Origin: Saprolegnia diclina VS20
Lineage: Eukaryota
Length of the DNA stretch: 64,000 bases
Reading direction: 5' to 3'
Assembly (NCBI RefSeq): GCF_000281045.1
Contig: NW_008246078.1
Span: forward strand, 586,823 to 650,822
Part shown: positions 11,147-23,634 of the stretch, one piece after another
Layout of the letters: each line of letters begins with the position of its first letter
How positions within the stretch are numbered: the first letter of the stretch is position 1
The notes under the pieces: model-generated
What the model was told of the DNA's origin: nothing
The model's database searches: none
Seen by the model: only the letters and a program-made list of their open reading frames with translations
Made by a program: the position numbers and the translations under genes

Positions 11147-14100
11147 TTAATTAGGTGTAGAAGATGGACTTGGTCGCACGCGCGCGCTTTGGAGCAACGT
11201 CGGGTCCTTGAGCTGGAGGCTAATTTCCGGAAAACTTGGTCGGCTCAGCGGGTTTGCATCCCAGCACTGCCGCATGAGCCGTGCGAGGCCCGGCGGACAG
11301 TTGATGGGAATGACCGGTCGCAAGCCGCTGACGACCGCCGTCATCTGATAGAATATCAGTAGAAACGTTGTACAATAGGTCAATCGCGTACCAGCTGAAA
11401 CGGGTTCATGCCCTGGTCCCCATACGGCTTGCTGCGAGACCACATCGAGTAGAGAAGAATACCGTACGAGTAGACGTCGCCTTTTGTCGAGCAGAGCGTC
11501 GCGCCCATCGTTGCCATCTCGGGGGCCATATAACTCGGCGTGCCCACCTAGCATAGTGTCATATTTTCTGTAGACCGCAAATACCACGATGGTACCTCGG
11601 CGGTCATGGACGTTTGTTCCGGGTCAATGAGCCGCGAGAGGCCAAAGTCACAAATGTTGATGTCGTCCGTGTCGTTCAACAGCACATTCGCGGGCTTGAG
11701 ATCGCTAGTATCAAGTTGAAACATACGCCCATTTGCACGAAAAGGTATGTACCGGTGGACGACGCTGCGGCTGTGCAGAAATGCCATGCCGGCCGTGATT
11801 TGGCCCATGACTCTGAGCAAAAAGCTCGACTCGAACGGGTCGCTGGACGACAGGTTCTCAATTAGCGCGCTCAGAGACGTGCGGCAAAAGTCGGTCACAA
11901 TGTACAGCACGCGGTTGTAGTAGCTCACACCATAGAAGCGCACGACGTTGGGGTGGTGGAGCTTGCTCAAAATGCTCACTTCGCGACGAAAGAAGCTCTG
12001 AAAGTACTCTTGGCCCGTCACGGGGCTGTAGAGGCGCTTGACCGCGACGACCGAGTTGCCGCCGCCGCTGTGGTACAGCGACTGGAACACTTGACCGGAC
12101 GTGCCATTGCCGACCTCCCGCTGCAGCGTCAGCGCTTCAAACGGGATGAGCCAGTCGCGCGAGTCGGCCGACACAAAAAACTCCAAGTCGCTCATGTCGG
12201 AAATCTCAACGTACGCGCCCGTAAAGGTCGAGTAGCGTCGGTGAAAGCCACCGGCGTGCAGCGGCGGGTACCGCGGGTGGCGCGCGAGCCGGCGCATCGT
12301 ACACATGCAAAAGCCCAGCGACGAGAGCGCGAGCATGCCCATGGCACACACCATCGCAAGTGGAAAGTCGTAGACTTCGCAGCCGGCGCCACTGAACCGC
12401 GCGTCACAGACGCACGCCGCGTCATCGTCGCCCGACACACACGTGCCGTGGCCGTTGCAGGGCAACCCGCTCTCCGTGTAGCCGGGGCAGAGGTAGCAAT
12501 GCGGAAGCGTGTGCCCGGGGAGGCACGTCGTGCACGGTGCGACCGCCGACCACGCCCAACCAGGATGGCACGAGCATGCACCGGACCCGAGGAGGCCGCT
12601 GCTGCACGTCCCGTGGCCGCAGTCTTCGGGGCATGACGCACAGTTGCTGCCAAAGTACCCCTCCGCACAGTTGTAGCAGTCGGAGGACGCGCTCCAGCCT
12701 TCGCGGCAGACGCAGTGGCCCGACCCGTGGAGTGCGTCGTCGCACCGACCTTGGCCGCAGCGCCGGCAAATCTGGCAGTCGAGGCCGAAATACCCGCCCA
12801 TGCACGTGACGCAGTTGGTCGAGGCCGACCACCCCGGGTCGCAGATGCACCGGCCGTCGCCGTCGTTGCCGGCGTTGCAGCGGCCGTGGGGTTTGCAGAT
12901 CGGGCACGACCGGCAGTGCGGGCCAAAATGCTCGGGCGCGCATTGACAGCTCATAGTAGTTGGGTTGAAATCCCAGCCGTCCTTGCAGCGCACGCAGCGT
13001 GAGGTCGCCGTATAGCCTTCGTCGCAGAGACAGCGGCCGTCACCACGCAGCGTATCGTTGCAGTAGCCGCGGCCGTGGCAGCTCTCACAGCGCGTGCAGT
13101 TGGCGCCAAAGTAGTTGATCGAGCATTGCGTGCAGCGCGAGTCGGCTGAGAACCCCTCCGAGCAAATGCACGACCCGTCGCCGGCGATGCCGTGGTTGCA
13201 GCGTCCAGACGTATGGCACGACTCGCACGGAATGCAGTCGGGACCATAGAACGAGTCCATACAGTCGGCGCAGTTGATCGACGCGTTGTAGCCGACTGCG
13301 CAGGAGCAGAGACCGTTGCCGTGGATGCCGTCGTTGCAGTTGCCGTGCGGGTGGTGGCAGTGCGGACACGGGTCACACGTCGGGCCAAAAAACGACGGCA
13401 GGCACGTTGCACAGCGCGTGGCCGGGTCGAACCCCGGGGCACACGTGCACTCGCCGTCGCCGGCCGGGCCGGCGTTGCAAGTGCCATTGTTCTCGCACGG
13501 AAGGCACTCGAGCGTGCACGCGTGGCCGTAGAAGTTGTCCATGCAGTTGGCGCAGTCGGGCGGCGCGTACCCCGGCCTAGGCGCATGCAGTTCGTTCAAC
13601 GCGTCACGCTAAGAACGTACTGGCAGAGGCAGGTGCGGTTGGCACTTTTGCTGGCCGCGCAGTCGCATTGGCCGTGGCCCGAGCACCACGAATGCGTCGC
13701 GGCGTGCCAGCCCGGACAAGCTACCCACAAGCACGACGAGGAAGGTAAAGACAAGATGAGTCAGAAGAGCGTACCGCTGTCGTCTTGGATTTCGTAGTAG
13801 ACGTCCATTTGGGCCAGGCCCACGTACGAGATGCCGCCAAACGAGCAGTCGTGGCGCTGGCTATGGTCGCCCGTCCACTCAAACTCAATCTGAAAAGCCA
13901 ATGTCGCGTTCGTTATGAACGGCAAGATTGAGCGCTGGCCGCCGCGCCCTGGCAAGATGTAGTTGCCGTGGGGCGGGAGCACGTCGTACCAGTCGTCGCA
14001 GTGCGGGTAGTTGGGCGCCACGTACGCATCGGACGGATACACGAGCGACGTCAGCAGCTCGTTGCCATTGACTTTGACGCTGCGCACAAGGCCTTTGCCC

Positions 14101-14371
14101 GTGATGAGGTTGCTTTGCCAGTCGATCTGCTTGACGCTAACGGCCACGGACGCCTACAGCGGTAGCCTTAGCACGCTACGCATGGGCGACAAGCCACCTT
14201 GCACAGCGTCTGCGACCGGCGGTCCCAGAGTGGCGAGAGCGGCGCCGCGGTGGCAAACGGGCACGTGACGCCATCCCAGGCCGTGCACACGGCCAAGAGG
14301 CTTTGGTGGAGCTCACTCGTCACGAGCTGGAGCAGCGCCACGAGGAGCACGACGCGCAGCTGCTGGGCCAT
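11147..14371 (-). CDS. Receptor-like TKL protein kinase with signal peptide, EGF/laminin-EGF-like repeat ectodomain and one TM helix, multi-exon
   Basis: Signal peptide MAQQLRVVLLVALLQLVTS and about ten CxxCxxxGxCxxGxxGxGxCxCxxG repeats. TM segment LAMVCAMGMLALSSLGFCMC. Kinase motifs GNGTSGQV, VAVK, HR/DLKPAN, DFG and CWDANPLSRPSF. Confidence 0.92.
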
Positions 14372-16289
14372 GGTGGTTGTCGTCGTCGTCGCGGACCGGC
14401 CTGCCAGATCTTCCCGTTCTTGAGGCGCAATCCGTACACTATTATGCGGTGCTGCCTCGTTGTATCGAAATACAAATATAGAGCCCACAATGCGCGATCC
14501 GCAAATAGTGTACGCCGTATCTTGGACATCTGGTTATAACACCGGAGACCAACAGCAATATGGCGTGTTATAACAACGTGGGCGAACTTCAACTGTTAGC
14601 AGCAACCAGATCGACACAAGAGACCGCTAGCTTGTAGTATCGTTGGACGACGGCAAGACGACAGCAATCCATCGTTGCAGAGTCGTTTGGTGGCCGTTCG
14701 AAAGAAATATATAGGCTGCAATAGGACTGTGGGACGCTAGGAAGCGCTCCCTGGACATGACAACCCTATCCCTAGCAACCCGACAAGGAAGCAGCACCGC
14801 CGCTCAAGTAGTGTATCGAACATACGCCGTGCGAAGGCTATAGCCGCGGCCAAAAGGCACATCTCGGCCTTATCGGTAAACAATTCGGTGAGAAGCTGTG
14901 AAACGCTGGTCAAAATGCTATGAGATCTTAGCCACAGCAGTTCGATCGAGATGAATTCTTTGTCGTGAGAACGACATCGCGTTGAGACCAGCTGAGCGAA
15001 TCGAGGTAAGCGAGGCTGGGAGATATGTGCCTTGTCTTCGCTCGCCTCGCCCCTCGCCGCAAATGATCGATGTACGAGTGGCCAAAAACCGGTACTAGTA
15101 CAGTCCAATGACAAAGCCGCCATCTTGTGTACCGAGTATAAGCGCAGGGTACGCCTAGACGAGCTGCTCCGACGAGTAAGACTGTTTGAGCACCCCACAA
15201 GTGCGCGCCGACGAGGTGGATTGGATCGCAGATGCCACCGAAGACGTCGATGCCACCTGAGTTCCTAAAGAGGCGCATAAATGCGTTCAGAGATTCGAAA
15301 AGGCAACGTACGCAAGCCATATTGACGCCAGGTGTGAGACACGTGAGTGGCTTGGCACCCAAAAAGGCATGGAGAAAGCCTGGTACAAAAGAGCACGCCA
15401 AATAAGGTACCCCTCGTACTTCCATGGCAGCGGCCGGGCGTTCTATCGCGACCACACTCTTTCAGAGCGTCGCAAAGCCGACACGGAGACCGCTGTTTGT
15501 ACGTGCAAACCAAGCCAGCCAGGTTGCGTGCGAGGACCTCGAAGGCCGTCGTTGCCGCCTGCATTGCAGCGGCACGAGCACGTGAAGGTGGTGAAAGGCC
15601 TTGACAACAGCCGTACGAAGGTCTGGCAGCGTCTTCTGTGACTGGACGTGCATGGTCCCCACTTCATGTCGCCTCGACACCCACTTTGGTGGCGTCCTCA
15701 TCGCCACCGTGAGGGCGATGTTACCAATAGAGAGCCGGCGTTGAGCGTCTCTCACTGTTGGCCACACACGAGATAACGTTTGATTGCATAGTGAAGATAC
15801 TGGCCAAAGCCCACCGCAGGGATGAAAAGCTAGTCCAGAGAGCTGGGATGGGAAGACAAACGCAAAAAATACCTGAAGAACAACTCAAACTCAAAACCGT
15901 GTAGCACCACGAGAACGCTCGCCTCCGGTGTGAACGACGAAGCTCGTCCTTCCAGCATTCGCACCATCACACCGCCCTGATTGAGTCATTTCCCACCGAC
16001 TACTTCGACACCCTTGACATCCTCGGAACTTTATCAGCGTCAACGTCGAGTTAGGCGTCAACACGACCTGAGATGTACAGTATCTACATGTCCACACCCG
16101 GTCAATCGACGCAAGTCGCAAAACACGACCCTGACCACAAAGTCTCGTACAATCGTTGCCTCTTTTCAGCTTCATTCGATCGAGTACCGTCGTCGTCTCC
16201 CCAGGCGCCGAGTTGAGTCAACCAAAACGAGACAATTTGTACACAAAACCATAATAATATTGAAAACACACAATGTACACGGACGTCGT

Positions 16290-16886
16290 TCAGATGATGT
16301 GCATCGGCTCCAGCTCGTGCGCCAGCCACGACGAGGGGCTCGTGCCATGCTCGGACGACGATGGCGACGACGACGATGAGGACGATGCGGGCGTCACGGG
16401 CGCACTCCAGTCCATGCGCGTCCACGGGATTTCCTGGACGAGGAGCGAGAGGATCGAGTGGTCGATCATGTCATCGCTCGTGTAGAGCTCCTCCATGTCG
16501 CGCTGCTGGCTCTTGTTGTGCCGGTGGCAAAGGCCAAGGACGCGGCCGTACTGGAAGCAGCCCGGCACCTTGCAGACGTTGCCACCGCCGTGTCGGACGC
16601 ACTTTTGGCGCGCGTGGGCTTGGCGCAGGCAGCCTTGGACCGTGCAGTAGCGTTTTGGCGACGGGCCGCCGTGGTGCAAGCAAAGGTCGCCGCCGCGCAC
16701 CGTGTTGGTGCAGCCTTGGACGCGGCAGGCCTTGCGGCCGCCATGGCGCACGCAGAGATTCCGGGCGTAGACCTGGTTGGAGCAGCCTTTGACGACGCAC
16801 ATCTTGCGGTTCTTGTGAAAGTCGCATTTCGTGCCGGGGCCCGGAAGCGCCTCGTTGGGGCAGCCGTTAAACATACACAGCGTCAT
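16290..16886 (-). CDS. WRKY19-like CxxxGC...CxxHGG zinc-finger repeat protein
   Basis: Five repeats such as CVVKGCSNQVYARNLCVRHGG, a family greatly expanded in oomycetes. Acidic/Ser-rich tail. Confidence 0.85.
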   Translation of the reverse strand: MTLCMFNGCPNEALPGPGTKCDFHKNRKMCVVKGCSNQVYARNLCVRHGGRKACRVQGCTNTVRGGDLCLHHGGPSPKRYCTVQGCLRQAHARQKCVRHGGGNVCKVPGCFQYGRVLGLCHRHNKSQQRDMEELYTSDDMIDHSILSLLVQEIPWTRMDWSAPVTPASSSSSSSPSSSEHGTSPSSWLAHELEPMHII

Positions 16887-18598
16887 GATACCGAAGCGGA
16901 GGAGGAGGTGAATCCAAAAGTGATCAATCGCTTGCGATGGCAAGGAAGGGTGTCCTTTCTCTAGTTGTACAGTAGACGGTTTTACGCGCCACAGCGATAA
17001 CAGATGGAGACGCGAGGCACCTTCAAGAAGGACAAGATCGTTGCTCACAGCGCACCCGCGCCGAGTGCCGCGCATTCGATTGGTGCTATGTCGATGCTTG
17101 TGACGTTCGGTGGATGACCGGTGGGACGATACGCTCCATCATTCCCCACCTTGGGCCGATGACGCCGCGCCAGCACCACCGACTAGCCTACCATGACGCG
17201 ACGTCGATGCAGAGGTGTACGATTTGTCAACGTTAAAACCGCTTTCATGTATAGTACGGCTGCGATAAGGACTAGAACTTGATTGCGCTTGGTATCTTGT
17301 CCCAGTAGGAGCGTGTCAACTAAGATCTACGAGCTGTTGGCCGACATTGCACATGCAAAGCCATCGAGATTGCACGTGCTCTCTAGCAGCGGAAGCCTTC
17401 GATTTCCCATCATCTGGTACACACGCTCGTGCAAAAGTAAACGACGACCGTGTCCTTGAGGGCTTGATGCGAACCACGTGCAACGCTAGGCTTGTAAAGA
17501 CTTGACGCTGGAAAATCCGAGGAACAGGGTTCGACCAAGATGCGGGGGAGTGCTCGTACCCCGTGCCTGCTCTGTGACAGATAATCATTGCCAACACGGC
17601 GTTAGAGACAGTCAAGGACGACGGGACGAGTCTCGTTCGAATGACGCGCCTTCATTGCCTCGATCAGTAATGTAGAGCAGAGTAGCTTCACGATGGAATC
17701 CTACTGCATACCAGTCCCGAGGCCTGTCGACTGCAGCATCAAGTAGCCAATTTAGGGTACCCAAATGTAGAGACCCACCATCTTCAGTGATCAATCCCGC
17801 ACGAGCCTTCCGAGTCCAAAGCATCTCGGGTAGCCGACCGCATACGCTCAGAACTCGATGCGTCGGCGACGGTTTACCACCCGCTATTTTCCGCGTTATC
17901 CGATTCGTTGTCAGAACACTAGGATTAGCAAGAGCTACTACGTTACTAAAACATGTGGGATTACACGGATCGAGGCCATCGGCTATACATTGATCGTTGC
18001 ACGTGCGCAGAACATGCAACGAACCCGCGGTAAGAAGAGCAACATGACGTACCTGCCGGCTTGCTCGCTTCCGAGTGGCACCTTGTCCAAGCCAAGTCGC
18101 TCTGGACGAGAACCCGTTGCCACGAGATGTATTCAGCCAATAGTGAAAACAAATATCGTCCTCGTCAATGACTACACGCTACTCGTCTTCGTCGACGACT
18201 ACACGCTATACACTTGACGACGCGCCGTCATGATCCCACCTAGGGCTGAACCCAGTAATGCACGCACCTCACTGATGCCAAATGACCGACTATCCGATCG
18301 AATCTGACCGGCAGTCTCATCGAAAGGCCATTGCAAAGACAAGGGCTTTGCGGCAGTAGGTACATACGTCATCCAAATCCCAAATCCAAGACTACTAAGT
18401 GCTGCTGAAACGCTGATTCTCAACGACGTTAACATCACAGAGCACGGCTCACTCGTCGCCTCGCACCACAATATGCTGCAGCCGCAACGACCACTCGGTC
18501 AAATCCAACACGTTGGTCGGCAAGCTCTCCATCGCGAGGAACGGACCACACGTGCCTAGTAAGTACACGTCAAGTACTCGGACCAGCCTCGGAAACAA

Positions 18599-20365
18599 CT
18601 AACTACCCATGGGTTCCGTGGTGTCGAGGCCCAGGTGCGGAATGGCAGCGATTAGGGCTTCCACGTCGGCGGCCAATGGCGCAGGGTACACAAACACCGC
18701 CCCCGTACGCCCACGCGCGTCGCTATACCATACAACTCGATCAAAACTCAACTTTTGATGCATTCGGTACCGGGGAAGCGACTGCACGAGGGCGTCGAGC
18801 GGCGCCTGCATGTCTTCAAGCCGCTCGTCGACGATATGAATCGCATCTATGTCGTATAAGCTGCCACGCGAGATGCTTGTTGGGGGAGTGTACGAGGACT
18901 CAATGCGAAGCGGGGGGGCATGTACGTGCCCGACATCAAGATCGTATGCACATTGGTAAGGGAAATGTGTTTGCAGTATGGCGTCGACGACGAGAGGAGC
19001 ATCGGCACCAAGCCGCCTTGGTGCAATACGCCATACCACAAGTAGACCAGCGTATTAAAGACGGCCCATAGACCCTAACCCCATCATAGCCACTAGATCA
19101 AACTGCGTTGGATATACCTGCAGCGGCTTGGACGCTGCCAACGCGGGCCCACTGGCGAGCATGAGCGGGAATACCACTGGCAAAAGGAACCGCGCTTCTT
19201 GGTGCGGCGCCAGCGAGAGCAGCGAGACTGGCACGACGATCGAGGCGAGAAGGAGGCGGTGGCGGCGGCCGTAGAGCAGAGCGAGCGCCGGGAGCGGGCC
19301 AAAGAGCAGCTGCATGTTGATCAACCAGTGATTCGATCGCGTGTGAAGGCCGTGGGCTGCCAAGTGGGCCGGGTTCATGTTGTACACGAGGTTGTTCCAC
19401 GGTGCGACGACCCATGAGTGCACCTACAAGAACGACGGTATCGTATCAGATGGCAAATATGGAGAAGCAAGGGACATCGTAGAGAGCTTCCCAGCCGCGG
19501 AAGAAGCACGTGTCGACGAGCACAACGCCGATGGACGTGAGGACGAACGCGATGGCACCCCCGAGACCTGTCGCGCCGACACCTAGTCTCAAGAGGTTAG
19601 CTGCACCGTTTGCACTGTAGCAATTGTGAACCAATTAGCCGCTGGAATGGGCTAGGCGTGTGGACATCGGACTTCTTGGCCAAGGACGCACACAGCAGCG
19701 CGTCGTTGGAAGCGACGAGCGCGAGGCCGAGTGGGAAGAAGAAGAGGAGGAACGTGAAGCGCGTGAATGAGCCCAAGGCCAAGAGCGCGCCGAGAAGCAG
19801 ATTCTGGCGCGATACGACGCCAGCATATTGCCGCGGTGTCGTTGTATGCAGCACGACAAAGCTCAGCATGAGCAGGAAGGCTTCAAACGTGTTGGAGAAC
19901 GACCGCGTGAGCAAGACGAGCGTCGTCCACGACGTGGCAAAGACAAGGAGCGGGCCCTTGTAGTCGATATCGTATGTACGCGCGAGCGTGTAGATGGCGG
20001 TGTCAAAGCCCAGCGAAAGCAGCGTCAAGATGACACGTGGCACGACCAGAAAGAGCAGACCGGATGGCGCAACGCCGAGCGCTTTGGCCACAGCGTATGG
20101 AATGCCGGCTACAAGGGACCTACACACAGCGAATGCATAAGGCGAATGGTCAGCCTGCAGCGGCCCACGGGAAGAGAATTGAGCGGTTCGGCGCCGACGG
20201 CTGGTACTCCCAGGGAATAAAGGCGCTCGAGACGTTGTAGACGGCGCGGGCCATGACCTCGGGGCACTGGAAGAACTCGTCGGGATGGACCATCCCCATG
20301 GAGAAGATGCTGGCGGCGCGAAGCACGAGCGCGCCGCCGTACGCGAGCGCCCAGCCCGTCGTCAT
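18599..20365 (-). CDS. GPI mannosyltransferase, Alg9/GT22 family (PIG-Z/SMP3-like), multi-exon
   Basis: Motifs HPDEFFQCPEV, IPWEY, TRSFSNTFE, FTRFTF, PWNNLVYN...HGLHTR and LSLAPHQEARFLLP. Confidence 0.88.
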
Positions 20366-20948
20366 GATCTCGCTGCCGGCCGTCGATGAGGATTGGCGGC
20401 TTTTTACCCAATGGCATCGCGAGCTGTGAAATGGCTAATTCCACGCAACATTGCATCCGCCCCTGCCGACTCCAATGCGTTGCTTTACACTCTCAGCTAC
20501 CTTGTCGTAGAGTACCAATATAAAGCTGCCGTGCCAATTGCATCGAAATGCTACATGGCCGGAAAGCTTCGTGGCTCAAGGGGACGCCCATCAGAACATG
20601 GGTCATGATATATATTGACCCATGATCAGAAGAAGTCTATGTTGGGTGTTTCAAGACCACCACAGTATGGGATGCTGGCGAGATTGCAGTTGACAGAGCA
20701 GCGTCGGCTCCATCAAGAGCTGTCTGGATGCATCGGCAGCGGCTTCCTTTGGGCAAACACACCGGCTATATTCTTGCTCCGCTCGCATGCCACCGATGAC
20801 TATCCTTGTCGTCCTGCTGCTTGAATAGCTGCAACGCGGCGCCGCGTTGAAGGTCTGTCTCTACATTGCTGTGTGGACCGTGCAAGCCGTGCTCATCGAC
20901 ATCGATACATACGCAACATACGATTGATATGGAGTCTACGCTGCAGAT

Positions 20949-21512
20949 TTAGACCTGCAGGCGGGCAAGCGAGAGCACTTGAGTGTTGCGCCAGTCCTTC
21001 GTCGCCGGCTGCTCGAGGTGCGCGTCAAAATCCACGACCGACAAGCTGCTCTGCGTCAGCGCACGCTGCAGCACCTTGCCGTGGTCGTCTTCAAACGCAA
21101 TGCGCTTCTCCATCTCGATCCAGCCCTTCTTGACATCCTTGAGCAAGAGGCGCGGCGTCGCGAGGTTGCGGTTGTCGAGCACAAGGGCACACGCGCGGGT
21201 CGACTGCGCCTCGACCGTGTTGGCGATGCGCGTGTGGACAGGCCCGAGCGAAACATCGTCGGCGCGTGCGTTGGCCACGTACATGCCCACGATCTTGAGC
21301 TTGAGCTCGGCTGCGTACGCCTCGACGCAGAGCGACGCAAACTCGAGGAACGGCGCGGTCGGCGCCTGGTGCGCAACGGGAAAGGCCTTGGTGATCTCGA
21401 TGCCCTCGCCCGAGTCGCGGCCAACGAGCAGGCCGGTCACGGAGAGGTGCGGGTACTGCGCTGCATGGAGGCCCATGACCACCTGCGCGTCTTCGCTCAC
21501 TCGGTACGCCAT
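20949..21512 (-). CDS. EMC8: ER membrane protein complex subunit 8/9 homolog (UPF0172, inactive MPN fold)
   Basis: LHAAQYPHLSVTGLLVG, IVGMYVAN and C-terminal VVDFDAHLEQPATKDWRN match the EMC8/9 family. Confidence 0.88.
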   Translation of the reverse strand: MAYRVSEDAQVVMGLHAAQYPHLSVTGLLVGRDSGEGIEITKAFPVAHQAPTAPFLEFASLCVEAYAAELKLKIVGMYVANARADDVSLGPVHTRIANTVEAQSTRACALVLDNRNLATPRLLLKDVKKGWIEMEKRIAFEDDHGKVLQRALTQSSLSVVDFDAHLEQPATKDWRNTQVLSLARLQV

Positions 21513-21969
21513 CTCCCCACGCTGTTCGAAAAGGCGAAATAAAATGGACCGGCAATTTTATTGCCATCGCTCCATGTTTTTAATGTGAAATCCGACGTGT
21601 TTTGCGCTTTCTTTTCTATAGCTTGAGGTTTGTAAATCGCATGATTGTAATGCGGCTTGATTTGATTCTTGTAATTAAAAAACATGACTTTGAGTCTTGA
21701 AAATAAGTATTACTCACACGTCCAAAGGTGTTTAAACACGTTTTGCTGCGAGCAAAGCTGACGACAGCGAACGACAAACGAGCGGATCGAGTCGCACACA
21801 TTTCATTCCCATAGCTATTTCTCTCAACGAGCCGCATCGTCGATCGAGACGGTGAGCCTACCGACAAATATGGCGTCCTACATGGATTTAACCCATTTGC
21901 CGTGAGGTTTAACCCTCTTGTGCATCTGTTTAAACAACGGCGAGACAGCCGCGGTCTCATTTCGAAGCC

Positions 21970-22329
21970 ATGGAGAAGACGCTCAAGGACATGAACGAAG
22001 CGCTCGCGAGCTGCATGACGCTCGTGATCCCGCCGATCGAGTACCCGCCGCAGATGCGGCCGAACCCGGTGCAGCACGACTCGACCGACATGGCGGATCT
22101 GAACGAGCACATGGCCCACTTCTTCTTCCAGGCCAAGAAGCTCGAGTTGCAGCTCCTCGCGCTCGACGAGCCGGGCCGGCCCACGACAGCGCACGAGCTC
22201 GAGGCCGAGATCCAGTCGCTTGAGGCCGAGCTCAGCGACAAGAACGACCTCATCGACAAGTACTCGGACGTCATTCGCGGCTGGGAAGGCAAGTTCAAGC
22301 GCCTCGACTCGAAAATGAACGCATCGTAA
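21970..22329 (+). CDS. Mediator subunit 28-like protein
   Basis: FFFQAKKLELQLL...ELEAEIQSLEAELSDKNDLIDKYSDVIRGW matches my recollection of the MED28 C-terminal helices (F..A...E..F / E...L..EL..K..L..K....L..W). Confidence 0.6.
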   Translation: MEKTLKDMNEALASCMTLVIPPIEYPPQMRPNPVQHDSTDMADLNEHMAHFFFQAKKLELQLLALDEPGRPTTAHELEAEIQSLEAELSDKNDLIDKYSDVIRGWEGKFKRLDSKMNAS

Positions 22330-22481
22330 GCACGCGTACTGTATTCTGCTCGTTTCACTTCGTACTACGTCTTCTCTTGCGCCATGGGCAGACGCTTGCT
22401 ATCGCGATCTATGATCGGCAGGAGCTGTCCAGGACAATCTCGCCAACGTCGACACCATGCACATCAGCTTTGGATTGATGT

Positions 22482-23634
22482 TTAGTTTTGCTCCCAGAGC
22501 GACTTCCATGCTTGCAAAAGCACGTTGGTCTGCGTCGCATTGCGCACCGCAATGCGCACGTACGTCGGGAGGTTGTAGCCCGGCGCGCCGGACCGGACCG
22601 GCACACCGTGGAGCTTGGAGAGGCGTGTGGCTTCGGCCGCGACCTCGACCGACTTGGTGTCGACCCAGACCCACGAGAGGTACGGCTTGCCGTGGACCGT
22701 CCAGGAAGGAAAGTGCTTGGCGAGCTGCGATCCGAGGTTGGCGCGCCACGCCGGCGTCACCTTCCACGTCTCGTTCATGTACGCGTCGTCCTTGACGACC
22801 GCCGAGATGAACGCGAGCGCCATCGAGTTGAGCGACCACGGCACTTGCTTGCGCTTGATGGCGGCGGCGTGCGCGGCCGAGGGTGCAACCACCGACCCGA
22901 TGCGGAGGCCCGTGCACGACCAGATCTTGGTCCAGCTCGTCATGACCCACACGTCAATCTTGCGCGTCGCCGAGAGGTGCGCGACCCATTCGCGCTGGTG
23001 GATCAAACTGTCGCTGCGCCAGTGCGGGCCGACCCACGGCTGCATGCTTTCATCTACCATCATCGTCCAATAAGAAGGATGTCGTTGCACTAAGATGGGA
23101 CGCAGTACCGATGATGATCGTGTGGTTGTCCGGGCAGTGCGTCTCAATGTACGCCTTCATCTCGTCCACCGGCATGTAGTCGCCGGTCGGGTTGGTCGGG
23201 TTCACAAGACACGTGAGGACAGCCGACGGGTCGTTCCACGCCAGCGTCGGGCGCTCGTCCGCGTTCGCCGACCGCTCGTACTCCTTGTACTGCGTCAAGG
23301 TGCCACCCGGGCGCCACCCGCCCTTGGGCACCGACCGAATGACGAGGTCGATGAGCTCGGACGCGCCGTTGCCGAGGAGGAGCAGCTCCATGTTCTTGAG
23401 CGCCTTGTCCTCCGGCCACACAAAGGCCGAGAGGTGGCTGAGCGCGGGCTGGAAGTCGGCCGGCGGGTAGTGGTGGATCGTGTGCACGGCGTCGGTGGCG
23501 GCTGTGAGCGCACCGGCGGGCGTGCCGAGGCCATTCGTCGTGACGCTAAAGTCCTCGACAAAGTTGGTCAGGAACTTCCAGTCCTGGCCGCCGTGGAACG
23601 TCTGCGTCTCTTCGTCCCAGACCGTGTCCGTCAT
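22482..23634 (-). CDS. PLP-dependent class I/II aminotransferase-fold enzyme (CobD/HisC-like), 2 exons
   Basis: Motifs FHGG..DFSVTTNGLG, HHYP, GNGASELI, VNPTNPTG, VDES, the PLP lysine in SWTKIWSCTGLRIG, VPWSLN and YVRIAVR. Confidence 0.88.

Noticed and set aside
12400..13600. Regularly spaced nucleotide repeats
   Set aside because: They encode the EGF-like protein repeats; not a CRISPR array or satellite.
14700..15800. Stop-interrupted ORF fragments, possibly a decayed transposon or gene
   Set aside because: No recognisable motif, terminal repeat or TSD; cannot support a call.
17250..18550. Degenerate coding-like stretch with CxxC and a 27-bp tandem duplication near 18156-18209
   Set aside because: Considered a Helitron remnant but found no Rep or helicase motifs; the two-copy repeat is unremarkable.
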